From an uncultured virus (IMG/VR IMGVR_UViG_3300036770_005540) (taxonomy: Duplodnaviria > Heunggongvirae > Uroviricota > Caudoviricetes): a DNA stretch of 64,000 nt. The position numbers and the translations under genes were made by a program. This document shows, in pieces, positions 19,231 to 29,958 of the stretch. Position 1 is the first letter of the stretch, and each line of letters starts with the position of its first letter. The notes under the pieces were generated by a model, which saw nothing but the letters and a program-made list of their open reading frames with translations, was not told the origin of the DNA and made no database searches. The stretch is from positions 1-64,000 of IMG/VR virus record IMGVR_UViG_3300036770_005540. One strand, given 5' to 3'.

Positions 19231-22200
19231 GTGACGCAACTTGGCCCCGAAAACAAAGACATTTACGAAGTTGATGTAAAAGACGGCAACCGTCTAGGTC
19301 GTCGCTTGTCTCGGGGCTTGAGGTCACTATCCAGAAGTGTCGGAAACACGGCAAGGTCGGGACTCGTTGTGGAACCATTTGACCCAAACGCATACGACGG
19401 TGATGGTGACGGCATAATCCAAGACGGAACACAGTGGGAACGCCCCGCAGTGCTAAGAAGTCAGTCAATACCAAACGCAGACTTGCCCAAAACACCTGAT
19501 GCCGGGACTGAAACAGAAACAGAAAAGACACAAAAAGAGACAAGAAAACTCGTTGACGCAGCAGAGCGAGCCGGGACTCGGATTTCGCCAGAACGCTCAC
19601 GGGTGACTACGGGTGGACTACGCAGTACGACAGTAACGCCGTTGCTTGACCCAGAGTGGCGAAGAACAGCAACGCCCCGAGAACTCGCTGAAATAATCGT
19701 GCCAGACACGCTTGATGAAGCAGACGCACTAGCAGAACAGTTGGCAGTGCCCCGAAGTGCTTATGAAACCGAAGCAGACTACCAAAACGCACTAAAACTA
19801 CTCAGAAGAACTCGGGACGCAGAAAGAGCCGCATCCAAGCGTCGTATGGAAGCACTTATCGCGATTTACGAAAAAAGACACCCCAAAACAACCAAAACAG
19901 GCTCGTTTGAGCGGGACCTAAGAGATGACCCTATTGAGTGGGACAAAAACCTCAAAAAAATCTTTGGCGACCAAAATGAGTGGGGCGAACAACTCGGGGC
20001 AACAAACAAACGGAGCGTTGAGCGGGCTCAAATAGAGTTTTTGGTCGCTTACAGAACAGAACTGGAACGGGACCCAGTAACAAACAAAACACTATTGGAC
20101 ATAATAAATGAAATAGAAAACGCCTATCGAAACGGAGTGAGGCTCACGCACGGGGCTTTTTGGAGAGACAGTACTCACATACCAATCAGTCCCGTTGAGT
20201 ATGTGCTTGCTCGTTTGTTTATGGAACACTCAAACCACCCACAAGACCCGTTGTTCATAACCGGCATTCGGGACGTAGTAACGCCGTCGGGCGACACCGA
20301 CGCAGTTATCAGATGGGCGACTGAGTTCCTTGATGGATACCAAAGGTTCTACGAAGCACGAAAGGGGTCCCGTGCTCTTTCCAAGCAACAAATAAAGAAC
20401 AGAATAGAAGTAGCAATGAACTCTGGGTCAAGAGGAGGCTTTTTCGGGACCCTTTTTGGTAGGGCTATTCCAAACGAACAATACATACAAACACACCAAA
20501 TGGTGGAAAGCAACGACCCTCGGGACCTTGCGCTACTACGGGCACTGTTACAAAGAACGCTAGAACAAAACCCTGAGTTTTTGGAAGCAGTAAGGAAGTT
20601 TGGACACCCGCCTCTCTATGTCCCGCACCGCGCTTACCATTTCATTGCCCCGCCAAGAGAGTTCCAAGAAAAGTTTTTGCTTGTTCCAGAAAGCGAACTA
20701 ACGCCATCTGAACTGCGGGACAAACTTATTTCAGGAAAAGAATACGAAAAAGGTTTGCTTGAAGCAATCCGCGCCCAAGAACTCGGAAAAGGAGATGTCA
20801 CGTTCGGGGCAGGTGGACTACTTGGTGTACGGGCGGGACTTGGTGGACAGTATTCATTTCCTGATGGGCAAATAACACTTACCCCAATGCAACTGAGAAA
20901 CACAATACTCAACCGCCCCGAGGCTGATGAAAACATAATCAACATGACCGGGACACAAGGCGCATACACGCTTGTTGGAGAACCAGCAATTCTCATACAC
21001 GAATTTGGCCATCACGTTGATTGGACTTTGCGCAACACCTTGTACGGGGCCTTGTGGGAGAGACGCAAGAGGGCTATTCGTGACTTTGCCAACGACCCAA
21101 ATAGAAATACAAGCCCCGACGTGTTCAAAGATTTTGTTCGTCAGCAGATAGTAGATTTTCGTGACGAACTAAAAGGCTTCACGGGCTTGGTAGACCCCGA
21201 TAACCCAAGCAAGTTGTCCGGGGCATCAGATAGACAAAACATTCATAGAAGTCGCTTGAAGTACTTAGGAGTGAACGTCCCCAGACAAGGCCCCGACGAA
21301 GTTCCTGTTGGTAGTCGTCTGTTTGACCCATCAACGCTAACCGACGAAGAACTAGATGACCAAATAAGGGAAATAGCGGGGCAACTAGATGAAATTCACG
21401 GAATGGTCGACATGCTGACTGGTCGCCAGCAAATACGACGAATGAAAGAAAACGGCACGTGGCAACGTGGCATCCACCCATCAGAAGGAGACGTAGGCGA
21501 TTACGCCATAAACAGCCCCGAACCTTATGTAACTACGCCATACGGAAATAGCAGTGCGATTGAGCGTTTTGCTGAAATAACAGCGTTTGTTTTGTCCCGC
21601 AACGGACAAAAACAGCCTGTTGCGGTGAATAACGCCGCCGTGCGTCTATGGGCTCGGATACTTGGCATAGATGTAGAACCACAAGATGTTGTTTCTCAGT
21701 CCCGTCGCAAAAGACTTCCTTCGGGTGGCTACTCAGACGAAATGGAAGACATAACAAACCGCATACTCTCAGACATAAAGATTGTTGCGCCAGATGTTCA
21801 GAGGCAGCCAGACGGTCACCGCCCCGGTTTGCAATCATCAACGTCATCATCAGATTTTCGTTTTGACCCAGATGAACGAAGCATGTTGCAGTCCCGTAGC
21901 AACATAGGCTTGGACACAGACCAACGCCTGTACGCACAAGATGAGCCGATAGGCGTTATGGATTTCATGAATAGGCCCCGTGTCTACTCAATAGGCGACC
22001 ATCATTTCTACGATAACGAAGTTCGCTATGGCTCGCAGATGAGTTTTGCGATGAGAAAGCGACTTGGAGAACAAGCGGGACGCAGATACATCAACAGAAA
22101 CAGACCCCATCACGGAGATATGGTGCGGGCGATTTCAGCAACGCAGTTTGGACTGTTTATTGACGACCTTCCAACTTACGACACAACTACATCGGGGCAA

Positions 22201-25200
22201 ATGAACGTTCTTCGTGGACTTGTTACGGGCAGAATAGCCAAACTACGCCCCGAAGAACGCTCACAAATAGAAGAAGCACTTAGAGACGCAACGAGAATAC
22301 ACTCGGCTATTTACGGCGCAACTCCGAACAAACGGGACACATACAGAGCGATAAAGACTGATAGAAAAACATTTTTGGAAAGCGTTGCCGTTGGCGACGA
22401 AATACCTATGCCGATTACGGCCTTCAGCCCCGATAAGCCCGACAACAACGAGAATGTGATTATCCGACTAGAAAAAGGCGCAAAAACCATAGATGTCGGC
22501 AACAGGCAAGTTCTTACTCAGGGCAATTTTGAGGTCGTTTCGGTTGATGACGACGGGACCCGTGTCATTGCCACGTTGCGCCATAAGGAAACATTTGACC
22601 CACGCCACGACGCACTTAGACCCGTGGACAAGTTTTCGGATAAGCCGAACGCAATGCGCAAGATGGGCAGTCCAATGCCCCGATACACCAGAGACGAACA
22701 ACAAAAGATGGAAGTTGATTTGGAGCGCAGACAGGACAAAGACAAAGTGTTTGGCTTGCGCTCAACAACGGGTATGGTCCCGGAGGATTTGAGCGAAAAA
22801 GAGATTGACGATTTCCTTGATGAAGAAGTGAACCTGTTTGAGGAAAAGCGGGTCCCGAAAGAAGTAGTTGATAAAGCGAAAAAGAATTTGCGTGATTACT
22901 TGCAGAGAAGTGCTATTCGTCGTTTTGTCAAGACAAAGCAAGCCCTTATCCAAAAGTACGGGGCCGATAAGCCGTGGGAAAGAGACGCAGACGCAATACG
23001 CAAATGGAGAGCAATCGACAGGGAAACCGCCGCACGGGTAAGCACAGTCCTGAGACGCAGCCTAAGAAACGCAATTGACAATAGAACTCGGGACATGATG
23101 GATGCCGACACGGGCGAATTGTTTGACGACGCAAAGGTTGGCTTGTCCAGAGTACTGGACAGGTTCAACTATTACATAAACGACTACGAAGGTATTGACT
23201 TGTCAGCGGGGCAGATTAGGCATCTTCTCGAAACTGGTCAGTTCGTTTACTGGAGACGGGACGACGAACTGTTCCCAACTGAGAAAATGGTAATCAATTT
23301 GCCAATCAACTCACCAGAAATGGCAGAACTCAAACAGGTTTTGGAGACGACACTTCCAGCATTGGAGGCGATGTCTCGGGCTTACTTGCTCGATGGTTCG
23401 GTCGACGTCCCGAATGCCAACAGAAGCATTTGGGAAGACCCAAAGATTGGCGGAAAGATAATCCTCAACAACGAGGAGTTGAACATAGTCCCGAACGGTA
23501 AGGGCGTTTATGCAATATTCCAGCCAGATGGTTCTGAAAGCATAAGCCTTGTTGCGAACGCATCTTTTGGAGTTGGCAGCCAACGACCCAATGGAACAAC
23601 TGGTTTTACTCGCAAAATAGGGCTAGACCGGGACGGGAATATTGTCATTGGTCATGACCGTTTCTGGATGGGCAGCAAGGACAGAGAACGCAAAGGTTCT
23701 GGTGTGGCGACGCTATTCAACCAGCATTCGTTTTTGTGGTGGAAGCAGCATGAGGGCACTGAGGTTGTGGTCCCGAATGCCGTGAGTGACGGCGTGATTG
23801 TGTGGCCACGTCAAGGTTTCCGTCGGATTGGTCAAGCACGACGGGACGCATTGGAAGAACAAGAAGGATTTTTCCATATGGTCAGGGCTTTGGTGCTGAA
23901 ATCAAAACGACAAGAACTGTTTGACGCAAACCGTCCCGAACGCGGGGGAACGGCAGAATACGAAGCGGCGCAGTTGGTGAAATACGTTGATGATGTTGAT
24001 AGTAAATACGGACTTGATAATCCAGAGTTTGCAAAACGCCTAGTGAACTGGCTTGCGCTTGCTCGCACAGCAAATGATAATCAAAGCCCCGAAACAGACC
24101 TCATCAACATATTGGCAAACATTATTGAGCCAAGAGAATTGAACGACAGCCAACGCCTGAGTTGGGCTGAACTGTTTGGACAAGTAGCGAAAAGCAATAG
24201 TTTCAGCATGTTTTTGAATCGGGACGAAAGCGACAATGACTACCTACCATCATTCGTCATCCCAGACCCGACTGACGACCTAGACCCGATGGAAGTACAA
24301 CGCCAAATAGAGCGTGGCAGATTGTTGCGCCAAGAGTTGGAGAACTCACAGGCCCCGAGCGAAGTATCAAGAGATATTTACTTCCCAGAAGATGACAAGG
24401 AAATTTCTAGCAACCGACTGCTTGGGGAAAGACAAGCGGGACGCCTATTTGCAGCCGTGAACATAGACGAAGCGACCAGTTCGGATACACGAACTTTTTC
24501 CTCAGCACGGGCATTCATGTATGCGAGAGAGGGTTCTGGCTTCAACGTCCCGCCAAGACTTCTCACACGGGTGGAAACAGAGGAACGAATTAGCAGGGGT
24601 GAAATACCCCTCTATGGTTGGATTGACCTCAATCGTGTCGGCATTTACACGAGCGACAGAAACAACATGCAAGAACTTTACGAGCAACGAGTTCGCAACA
24701 ATATGGTCGGACTGGCGGGGCCGAGTGAAGTCATGCGTTTCACCGATAAGCCATTTGACCACATTGACGATTTCCACGACACGAACAATCCAGTTACAGA
24801 CCCAGCAGCAGTTCGCAGTGGAATGCTTGGCTACCTAGCCCCGTGGGCTCGTGTTTACAAAGGTAAGCGAAATGCTTTGCCAGAAATGTTTTGGGGCAAC
24901 AGCACGGAGATTTCAATCGCAAGAGACATGCGGGACAGGGGCGATTTTGATGGTTTGATGGCTTTGCTTGTCAATAAGTTTGGCGAGGAGGTAGATAACT
25001 CGGTGATGGGCACGGACGTTGCGTTAGTAGAAACCCTAGATGGATTTTTGCCAAATGGAAACTCCGAAACAGCACAGACGGGACGCCGAGTGTTGGGGGC
25101 ATTGTTCCAAATTGAAAATAATCGAAGAATGGCCGAAGCAGGTATCTCAACGGCAATTAGGCAAGATAAGATACAAGGACTTAGAGATGGCTTGCTTGCC

Positions 25201-28200
25201 ATCATGGCAACAGAGTTTGACCAATCATTGCTGGTTTTGATGGGATATGACGCAATACAGCACAAAGACGGGGAGTTCACAATCCTCAACAACATGGCTG
25301 TCGAACTAATGGATGAGCCAGTTTCGTTCGCCCAAGCAGCGAGGATGATTGACGACCCGAGATTCAGAGCCATACCGTCCGATAGGTCCCGTTACTCAAC
25401 GTTCATTGAAACAAGACTTGTGGATAACCCTGACTGGTTTAGTGGCGACGACCCACGCCTGCTTGCCGACGAACCCATTTCTCTTACAAAAGCGGGTTTG
25501 AACAGTTCGACATACATAAGGTCTGTGCGTCAAGACCACAACATCAACCTAGAACGGGGACTACGCAGTAGAACACGGGGCTCGATTGCAAGCGCAAGAG
25601 AAAGACAGCGCCGAGAATCAGCAAGAGAAGGTAAGTCAGATGGGTGGGTAAATCCTGACGACGCATCATTCAAACAAGAAGTTGTAGAACTCGAGGGTCG
25701 CTTCAACGCGTTGGTTGCCCAACTTGAGGAGTGGGACGATAGGAACCTTGAACTCGACCGCCCCGATTGGGCCGGCCGCGAAGAAATCAAGAAGCAAATG
25801 GATGAAATCTCGGACCAGTTTGCGTCACTCATCAACACATCTAACATCGTCATTGAGAAATCCATGGAACACCAGGCGCTCATTGACGCCCTTGACGCCA
25901 TAATCAACGAGCGGGACGCCGACTACCTAGACGGGCGACCAAAGGTGAAAGATATTTCGCCAGAAATGCTTGACAAGATAAGGGCGTTGCGGGATAAACT
26001 GGTACAAGAGAAGCAAGATAATCCAGGCTTGCTTGACTTCACACGGGCACGTGTCAGACACAAGACAATCAAGAACGCAATGGAAAACTTCGACCTTCAG
26101 TACGAGGTTCGTTGGTTCAATAATGAACCTGACACAGTTGAACTTGAAGACGTAGTCAAAGCGGATGTTTCCGACAAGGCCGAGGCTTTCGTAGAACACA
26201 TTTATCGTGGTCTGTTCGACGAAAGATACGACGCTTGGAGGGAGTACATGAAGCCGACGATGGCATTCGGCGTACCCCTTTACGACTCGACTTGGGAGTT
26301 GGGCCACAAGAGAGTTGGCGAACTGTTTGACGGGGTGAGCCCTGATGAACGGGACGCTTGGAGGGCGGCGCACAAGGACTTCCTCGATAGTGAATACAAC
26401 GCAGAATACGAAGAGGACATCATCGACTCAACACCAGTCGGTGGTTCGACCAGACCACGTGACGTCCCCGCCCCGATTTGGCGTAAAGTCAGGGCTGCCA
26501 TGTCACGGGCACGCTCAACTCCATACAACGGCGAGAAAGAGGCTGCCACAAACGCAGCGATACGACTCCTCAATCCACACCGACCAGATTTGGCTAACGA
26601 AGACTTTGTTTCGGGCATTAGGTCGCACACTATTGTCAGCACACCTCGGTCGGTAGTGAACTTCTCTTCCAAGCAAATGCGGGGCGCCAGCCCAACCTCT
26701 CCAACAACCGCAATTGAGAACCACGCATTCTCACGCATCATTGATGAGGTGAGGAGCCAAGGCATAGAAATAGAAGAAGCAGACCTATTGCCCACTGGTA
26801 AGTACGGAAGCAAGTTGCGCCAGATTATGGACGACAACCAATCCACACAGTCGGTTAATTGGTTGATTAGACAAACAGAAGACGACCCAGTTCTTTCTGC
26901 CGTCGTAAATGCGGCGATAAAGCAGGCTCGACTCACAATGGGCATAACCCCAATCGAGGGTCACAGAATCAAAAAGGTGAACGGCCCCGTTGATGAGGAG
27001 ATTGCTGATGTTCTCGTAGACGACATCGACTTGGCTTTGTTGCGTAATCAGGGTGCGCCAACCTATGACCAAATTATCCAAATAGCAGCAGCAAAATACA
27101 TAGAACACGATAGACTGAACAAAGCATTCGGTTCTTACCAAGACCCAGAAGGCAAACTCATCGGCGCTGGCTTTACCCGCATCGACAAAAACAGCACTGC
27201 CTACCTGACGACGATGACCAGCGCCCCAGACGTTGATGGGAAAGACTACGTCTATAGGGACATTCGGGGCAACGAGGTTGCCCGCTTAAAGCGTTATGAC
27301 AGCGTGAAGTCAGATAACGTTGCAAGTCGCAAACCAAAAACCTTGAGTAATTTCGCCACGCAACACTCACTCATCAAGACCAATGACGCCATTTTCGGGG
27401 TAATGGCGGAGGCGGTTGAGTTTACGGGTGACTACGAAAATGCAAGTTTGAAGAAACTAAGGGCGACTATAGAAGAACTACAAAGCATTTACAGGAACTT
27501 TGAGTTTGCCCCGACTCCAGCGGGCCAACACCTGAAAAAACTATTTGAAGCGAACCTTGAAAGCGAAGTAAAAACTTTAGAACTTCTGGAAAGAATTGGG
27601 CAGCGATATGTACACCTGTTGCGTGAGCGGGGCATTTCGGACAAAGAAATAAGAGAGATGCTCTCAACCGTCAGGAAACAAACACTCAAGACAGCCGTTG
27701 ACCCCGTGGGGAGGGAGGACCTATTCCTGAATGGCAGCCCGATTCCAATCGGCAGTTCCAATGACGGAACAGTCGCAGAGCAGGCACTTTATGGCTTTTT
27801 GAACAGCAAACTCGGTAGTGCCATGCTGCCCCGTTTCGCCGACTCAGACGCACCTGCTGGTTTTCACGAGATTGGTCACTTTTCTTTTGGCCAAGCCTTC
27901 TCACGTCACGGTGAGTTCGTCGCCAATGCTTGGCCATTCTTTGTGCATGGCGACGCATTCTGGAGGTCGTTTGTCGCCTTACAGCGCAATCAGGCACCCA
28001 CCTTTGACAAGTGGACAATATCTGAGCATCTTGGGAAAGCCCTGAGCCCCGAACAGAAAGCAGCCTTCAAGGATGCCTCAAGGCTCATAGGCAAAACACT
28101 TAGCCGAGACTTCGTCGCTGCATTTGAGAGAGAAAGATACATATCTCTTGGCGATTCAGAACGACAAATAATAGCCTCGGATGTCATTGCGGCAGTTCGG

Positions 28201-29298
28201 GGCAATGACACGCTTGGCGATAAAGAAAAAGAAGAGTTAATCACACAAATTCAAAAAGAGATAGACGGGGATATGTTCTTTATTGGTGTGCCCAGAACAG
28301 GACGACACAGCGAAGAAGAAAAGAAATTCCTTCGGGAATTGGGATTACCTGAAGACGCAGTCCCGGACAACGGCATAACTGTGGGCACTTGGAAACTTTA
28401 TGATTCGCTAATTCCGCTTAATCCAAGCGTGTTTGGGTGGCAGCGTCGTGATGGACTCAGGAGTACCACCAACGAGGAGAGACAAAAATTAAAAGATGAT
28501 GTTGTTGAGCATGTTCTTGCTGGAAATACACTCAAGGCAACGGCAAAGAAGTTTAATATCAGCATAGAATCAGTCTCAAGATACCTGAGACAGGCTGGCG
28601 TCCCGAATCTTGGACAACGCCCGATTGGGATTGCGACGACAGACGATTCCTATCGTGAAACTGGCAAAATGGTTCGCGCCGATGCCCCTGATGTCCTGAA
28701 GGCAAAGTTTGATGCCTTGACACAGATGATTGCCGGCGGGACCGACCTGCGTGAGAGTTTGGAATCCATAAACTTTTCTGGCGTTGATATTGATTCCGTG
28801 ATTGACTTTATGGATAACTTGCCAGAACTCCCAGAACGTTGGTCTGGTACTAGAGGACCATTTACCGATAACGCTCTTTACCGAGCGATTTCTCTGATGG
28901 CTGCGCTTGGATTCTCAACAAACCTTACATCTGAAACATTGGGGTCAAGCCCCGTAACCGTCACCAAGTACAGGAAGCATTCAGGCTTTGTCCCACCAAA
29001 GATTCGGGGCGGGAATCCAACCCATAGAGGGCTCAGCAGCACAACTGCCACCTCTCGACAGCGCCGTGAGTTTGCGACATTGCTCAGGTCTGTACACTCG
29101 CTGATGGGCGGGCGCCCCGTGTTCTTTGGCAACGAAACTGATGAAGAAATGGCTATTGCTGAGCGTTTGTTCCGTCAGAAAAGAACGGCTGCTAAGCGTC
29201 GTTTGTCGCCTATCATTGATGCTCTGAGGGGTATGGCTCAGAGATACCCAGAACTGAGCAAGGATTTCGCTGACGAACTGAAGGAGATTTCCAGATGA
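19231..29298 (+). CDS. Giant (3355 aa) polyvalent multi-domain protein: zincin x2, ART-like, GNAT, DUF2786-like, HTH x2
   Basis: HEFGH (about 20998) with later E.FAE; YRAI...AFS ART-like segment (about 22340-22590); RKGSGVA...G..VW.RQGF GNAT (about 23640-23820); GYDAI (about 25243); KVRAAMSRARSTP..GEKEAA (about 26485); HEIGH (about 27865); HTHs at about 28520 and 28900. Confidence 0.8.
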   Translation: MTQLGPENKDIYEVDVKDGNRLGRRLSRGLRSLSRSVGNTARSGLVVEPFDPNAYDGDGDGIIQDGTQWERPAVLRSQSIPNADLPKTPDAGTETETEKTQKETRKLVDAAERAGTRISPERSRVTTGGLRSTTVTPLLDPEWRRTATPRELAEIIVPDTLDEADALAEQLAVPRSAYETEADYQNALKLLRRTRDAERAASKRRMEALIAIYEKRHPKTTKTGSFERDLRDDPIEWDKNLKKIFGDQNEWGEQLGATNKRSVERAQIEFLVAYRTELERDPVTNKTLLDIINEIENAYRNGVRLTHGAFWRDSTHIPISPVEYVLARLFMEHSNHPQDPLFITGIRDVVTPSGDTDAVIRWATEFLDGYQRFYEARKGSRALSKQQIKNRIEVAMNSGSRGGFFGTLFGRAIPNEQYIQTHQMVESNDPRDLALLRALLQRTLEQNPEFLEAVRKFGHPPLYVPHRAYHFIAPPREFQEKFLLVPESELTPSELRDKLISGKEYEKGLLEAIRAQELGKGDVTFGAGGLLGVRAGLGGQYSFPDGQITLTPMQLRNTILNRPEADENIINMTGTQGAYTLVGEPAILIHEFGHHVDWTLRNTLYGALWERRKRAIRDFANDPNRNTSPDVFKDFVRQQIVDFRDELKGFTGLVDPDNPSKLSGASDRQNIHRSRLKYLGVNVPRQGPDEVPVGSRLFDPSTLTDEELDDQIREIAGQLDEIHGMVDMLTGRQQIRRMKENGTWQRGIHPSEGDVGDYAINSPEPYVTTPYGNSSAIERFAEITAFVLSRNGQKQPVAVNNAAVRLWARILGIDVEPQDVVSQSRRKRLPSGGYSDEMEDITNRILSDIKIVAPDVQRQPDGHRPGLQSSTSSSDFRFDPDERSMLQSRSNIGLDTDQRLYAQDEPIGVMDFMNRPRVYSIGDHHFYDNEVRYGSQMSFAMRKRLGEQAGRRYINRNRPHHGDMVRAISATQFGLFIDDLPTYDTTTSGQMNVLRGLVTGRIAKLRPEERSQIEEALRDATRIHSAIYGATPNKRDTYRAIKTDRKTFLESVAVGDEIPMPITAFSPDKPDNNENVIIRLEKGAKTIDVGNRQVLTQGNFEVVSVDDDGTRVIATLRHKETFDPRHDALRPVDKFSDKPNAMRKMGSPMPRYTRDEQQKMEVDLERRQDKDKVFGLRSTTGMVPEDLSEKEIDDFLDEEVNLFEEKRVPKEVVDKAKKNLRDYLQRSAIRRFVKTKQALIQKYGADKPWERDADAIRKWRAIDRETAARVSTVLRRSLRNAIDNRTRDMMDADTGELFDDAKVGLSRVLDRFNYYINDYEGIDLSAGQIRHLLETGQFVYWRRDDELFPTEKMVINLPINSPEMAELKQVLETTLPALEAMSRAYLLDGSVDVPNANRSIWEDPKIGGKIILNNEELNIVPNGKGVYAIFQPDGSESISLVANASFGVGSQRPNGTTGFTRKIGLDRDGNIVIGHDRFWMGSKDRERKGSGVATLFNQHSFLWWKQHEGTEVVVPNAVSDGVIVWPRQGFRRIGQARRDALEEQEGFFHMVRALVLKSKRQELFDANRPERGGTAEYEAAQLVKYVDDVDSKYGLDNPEFAKRLVNWLALARTANDNQSPETDLINILANIIEPRELNDSQRLSWAELFGQVAKSNSFSMFLNRDESDNDYLPSFVIPDPTDDLDPMEVQRQIERGRLLRQELENSQAPSEVSRDIYFPEDDKEISSNRLLGERQAGRLFAAVNIDEATSSDTRTFSSARAFMYAREGSGFNVPPRLLTRVETEERISRGEIPLYGWIDLNRVGIYTSDRNNMQELYEQRVRNNMVGLAGPSEVMRFTDKPFDHIDDFHDTNNPVTDPAAVRSGMLGYLAPWARVYKGKRNALPEMFWGNSTEISIARDMRDRGDFDGLMALLVNKFGEEVDNSVMGTDVALVETLDGFLPNGNSETAQTGRRVLGALFQIENNRRMAEAGISTAIRQDKIQGLRDGLLAIMATEFDQSLLVLMGYDAIQHKDGEFTILNNMAVELMDEPVSFAQAARMIDDPRFRAIPSDRSRYSTFIETRLVDNPDWFSGDDPRLLADEPISLTKAGLNSSTYIRSVRQDHNINLERGLRSRTRGSIASARERQRRESAREGKSDGWVNPDDASFKQEVVELEGRFNALVAQLEEWDDRNLELDRPDWAGREEIKKQMDEISDQFASLINTSNIVIEKSMEHQALIDALDAIINERDADYLDGRPKVKDISPEMLDKIRALRDKLVQEKQDNPGLLDFTRARVRHKTIKNAMENFDLQYEVRWFNNEPDTVELEDVVKADVSDKAEAFVEHIYRGLFDERYDAWREYMKPTMAFGVPLYDSTWELGHKRVGELFDGVSPDERDAWRAAHKDFLDSEYNAEYEEDIIDSTPVGGSTRPRDVPAPIWRKVRAAMSRARSTPYNGEKEAATNAAIRLLNPHRPDLANEDFVSGIRSHTIVSTPRSVVNFSSKQMRGASPTSPTTAIENHAFSRIIDEVRSQGIEIEEADLLPTGKYGSKLRQIMDDNQSTQSVNWLIRQTEDDPVLSAVVNAAIKQARLTMGITPIEGHRIKKVNGPVDEEIADVLVDDIDLALLRNQGAPTYDQIIQIAAAKYIEHDRLNKAFGSYQDPEGKLIGAGFTRIDKNSTAYLTTMTSAPDVDGKDYVYRDIRGNEVARLKRYDSVKSDNVASRKPKTLSNFATQHSLIKTNDAIFGVMAEAVEFTGDYENASLKKLRATIEELQSIYRNFEFAPTPAGQHLKKLFEANLESEVKTLELLERIGQRYVHLLRERGISDKEIREMLSTVRKQTLKTAVDPVGREDLFLNGSPIPIGSSNDGTVAEQALYGFLNSKLGSAMLPRFADSDAPAGFHEIGHFSFGQAFSRHGEFVANAWPFFVHGDAFWRSFVALQRNQAPTFDKWTISEHLGKALSPEQKAAFKDASRLIGKTLSRDFVAAFERERYISLGDSERQIIASDVIAAVRGNDTLGDKEKEELITQIQKEIDGDMFFIGVPRTGRHSEEEKKFLRELGLPEDAVPDNGITVGTWKLYDSLIPLNPSVFGWQRRDGLRSTTNEERQKLKDDVVEHVLAGNTLKATAKKFNISIESVSRYLRQAGVPNLGQRPIGIATTDDSYRETGKMVRADAPDVLKAKFDALTQMIAGGTDLRESLESINFSGVDIDSVIDFMDNLPELPERWSGTRGPFTDNALYRAISLMAALGFSTNLTSETLGSSPVTVTKYRKHSGFVPPKIRGGNPTHRGLSSTTATSRQRREFATLLRSVHSLMGGRPVFFGNETDEEMAIAERLFRQKRTAAKRRLSPIIDALRGMAQRYPELSKDFADELKEISR

Positions 29299-29460
29299 AT
29301 ACTGAAAAACGCCCTGAGATTATCACTCAGTTTCTCAATAGTTTTAGCGACCAAGAGAAGAATGACTTGATGGACTTGGAGGATGAAGCACGGGAAGTTT
29401 CCGCACTTCGTTCCAAACTCCTCAAGAAAAACCTTACAGGCAATAATGAGGTAGAACAAG

Positions 29461-29958
29461 ATGTATCGGGAGAATAGAAACAGCCAAAGAACCCCCCAAT
29501 GGGTGAGAATGTCGGTTAAAGACTTCGTTGCGAACGCCCCGATGGAGTACAAGGGCGGTGGCTACACCAAGCCGATGTTGAGGGAAAGCATAAAGAACCG
29601 CATTATGCGTGGCGGTAAGGGAGGAAGACCAGGTCAGTGGTCGGCACGTAAGGCGCAGTTGCTTGCTCAGGAATACAGAAAGGCTGGGGGCGGTTACCGC
29701 ACGGGCAGACCATCACGGGCGCAACGTTCGTTGAAGAAATGGACTAAGCAGAGATGGAGAACTTCTGATGGGAAGCCGGCTGAGCGGGGCGGTCGGATGC
29801 GAAGGTACTTGCCAGATGCGGTGTGGAAGCGACTGACACCAGAACAACGAAAGGCGACCAATCGCAAGAAACTTGCTGGCGACAAGAAGGGCAAGCAGTT
29901 TGTAAAGAACACAGAAACTGTCGGCAAGATTTCTGCTAGATACAGGGCCAAGAAATGA
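29461..29958 (+). CDS. Highly basic DUF5872-like protein
   Basis: YTKP.LR...GGKGG.PGQWSARKAQ...Y..AGGGY, L.KW..Q.W and RYLP. Confidence 0.7.
   Translation: MYRENRNSQRTPQWVRMSVKDFVANAPMEYKGGGYTKPMLRESIKNRIMRGGKGGRPGQWSARKAQLLAQEYRKAGGGYRTGRPSRAQRSLKKWTKQRWRTSDGKPAERGGRMRRYLPDAVWKRLTPEQRKATNRKKLAGDKKGKQFVKNTETVGKISARYRAKK

Noticed and set aside
17761..19262. ORFs inside the repeat block (e.g. 17845..18219, 18263..18484, 18345..18614)
   Set aside because: Low-complexity His/Thr/Ala or Cys/Val translations of CA/TG-rich repeats, with no RBS or promoter support.
22330..22590. Calling the ART-like segment an active ADP-ribosyltransferase
   Set aside because: R and S motifs are visible, but the expected catalytic E-x-E position reads NRQ. 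Activity cannot be claimed without a profile or structure comparison.
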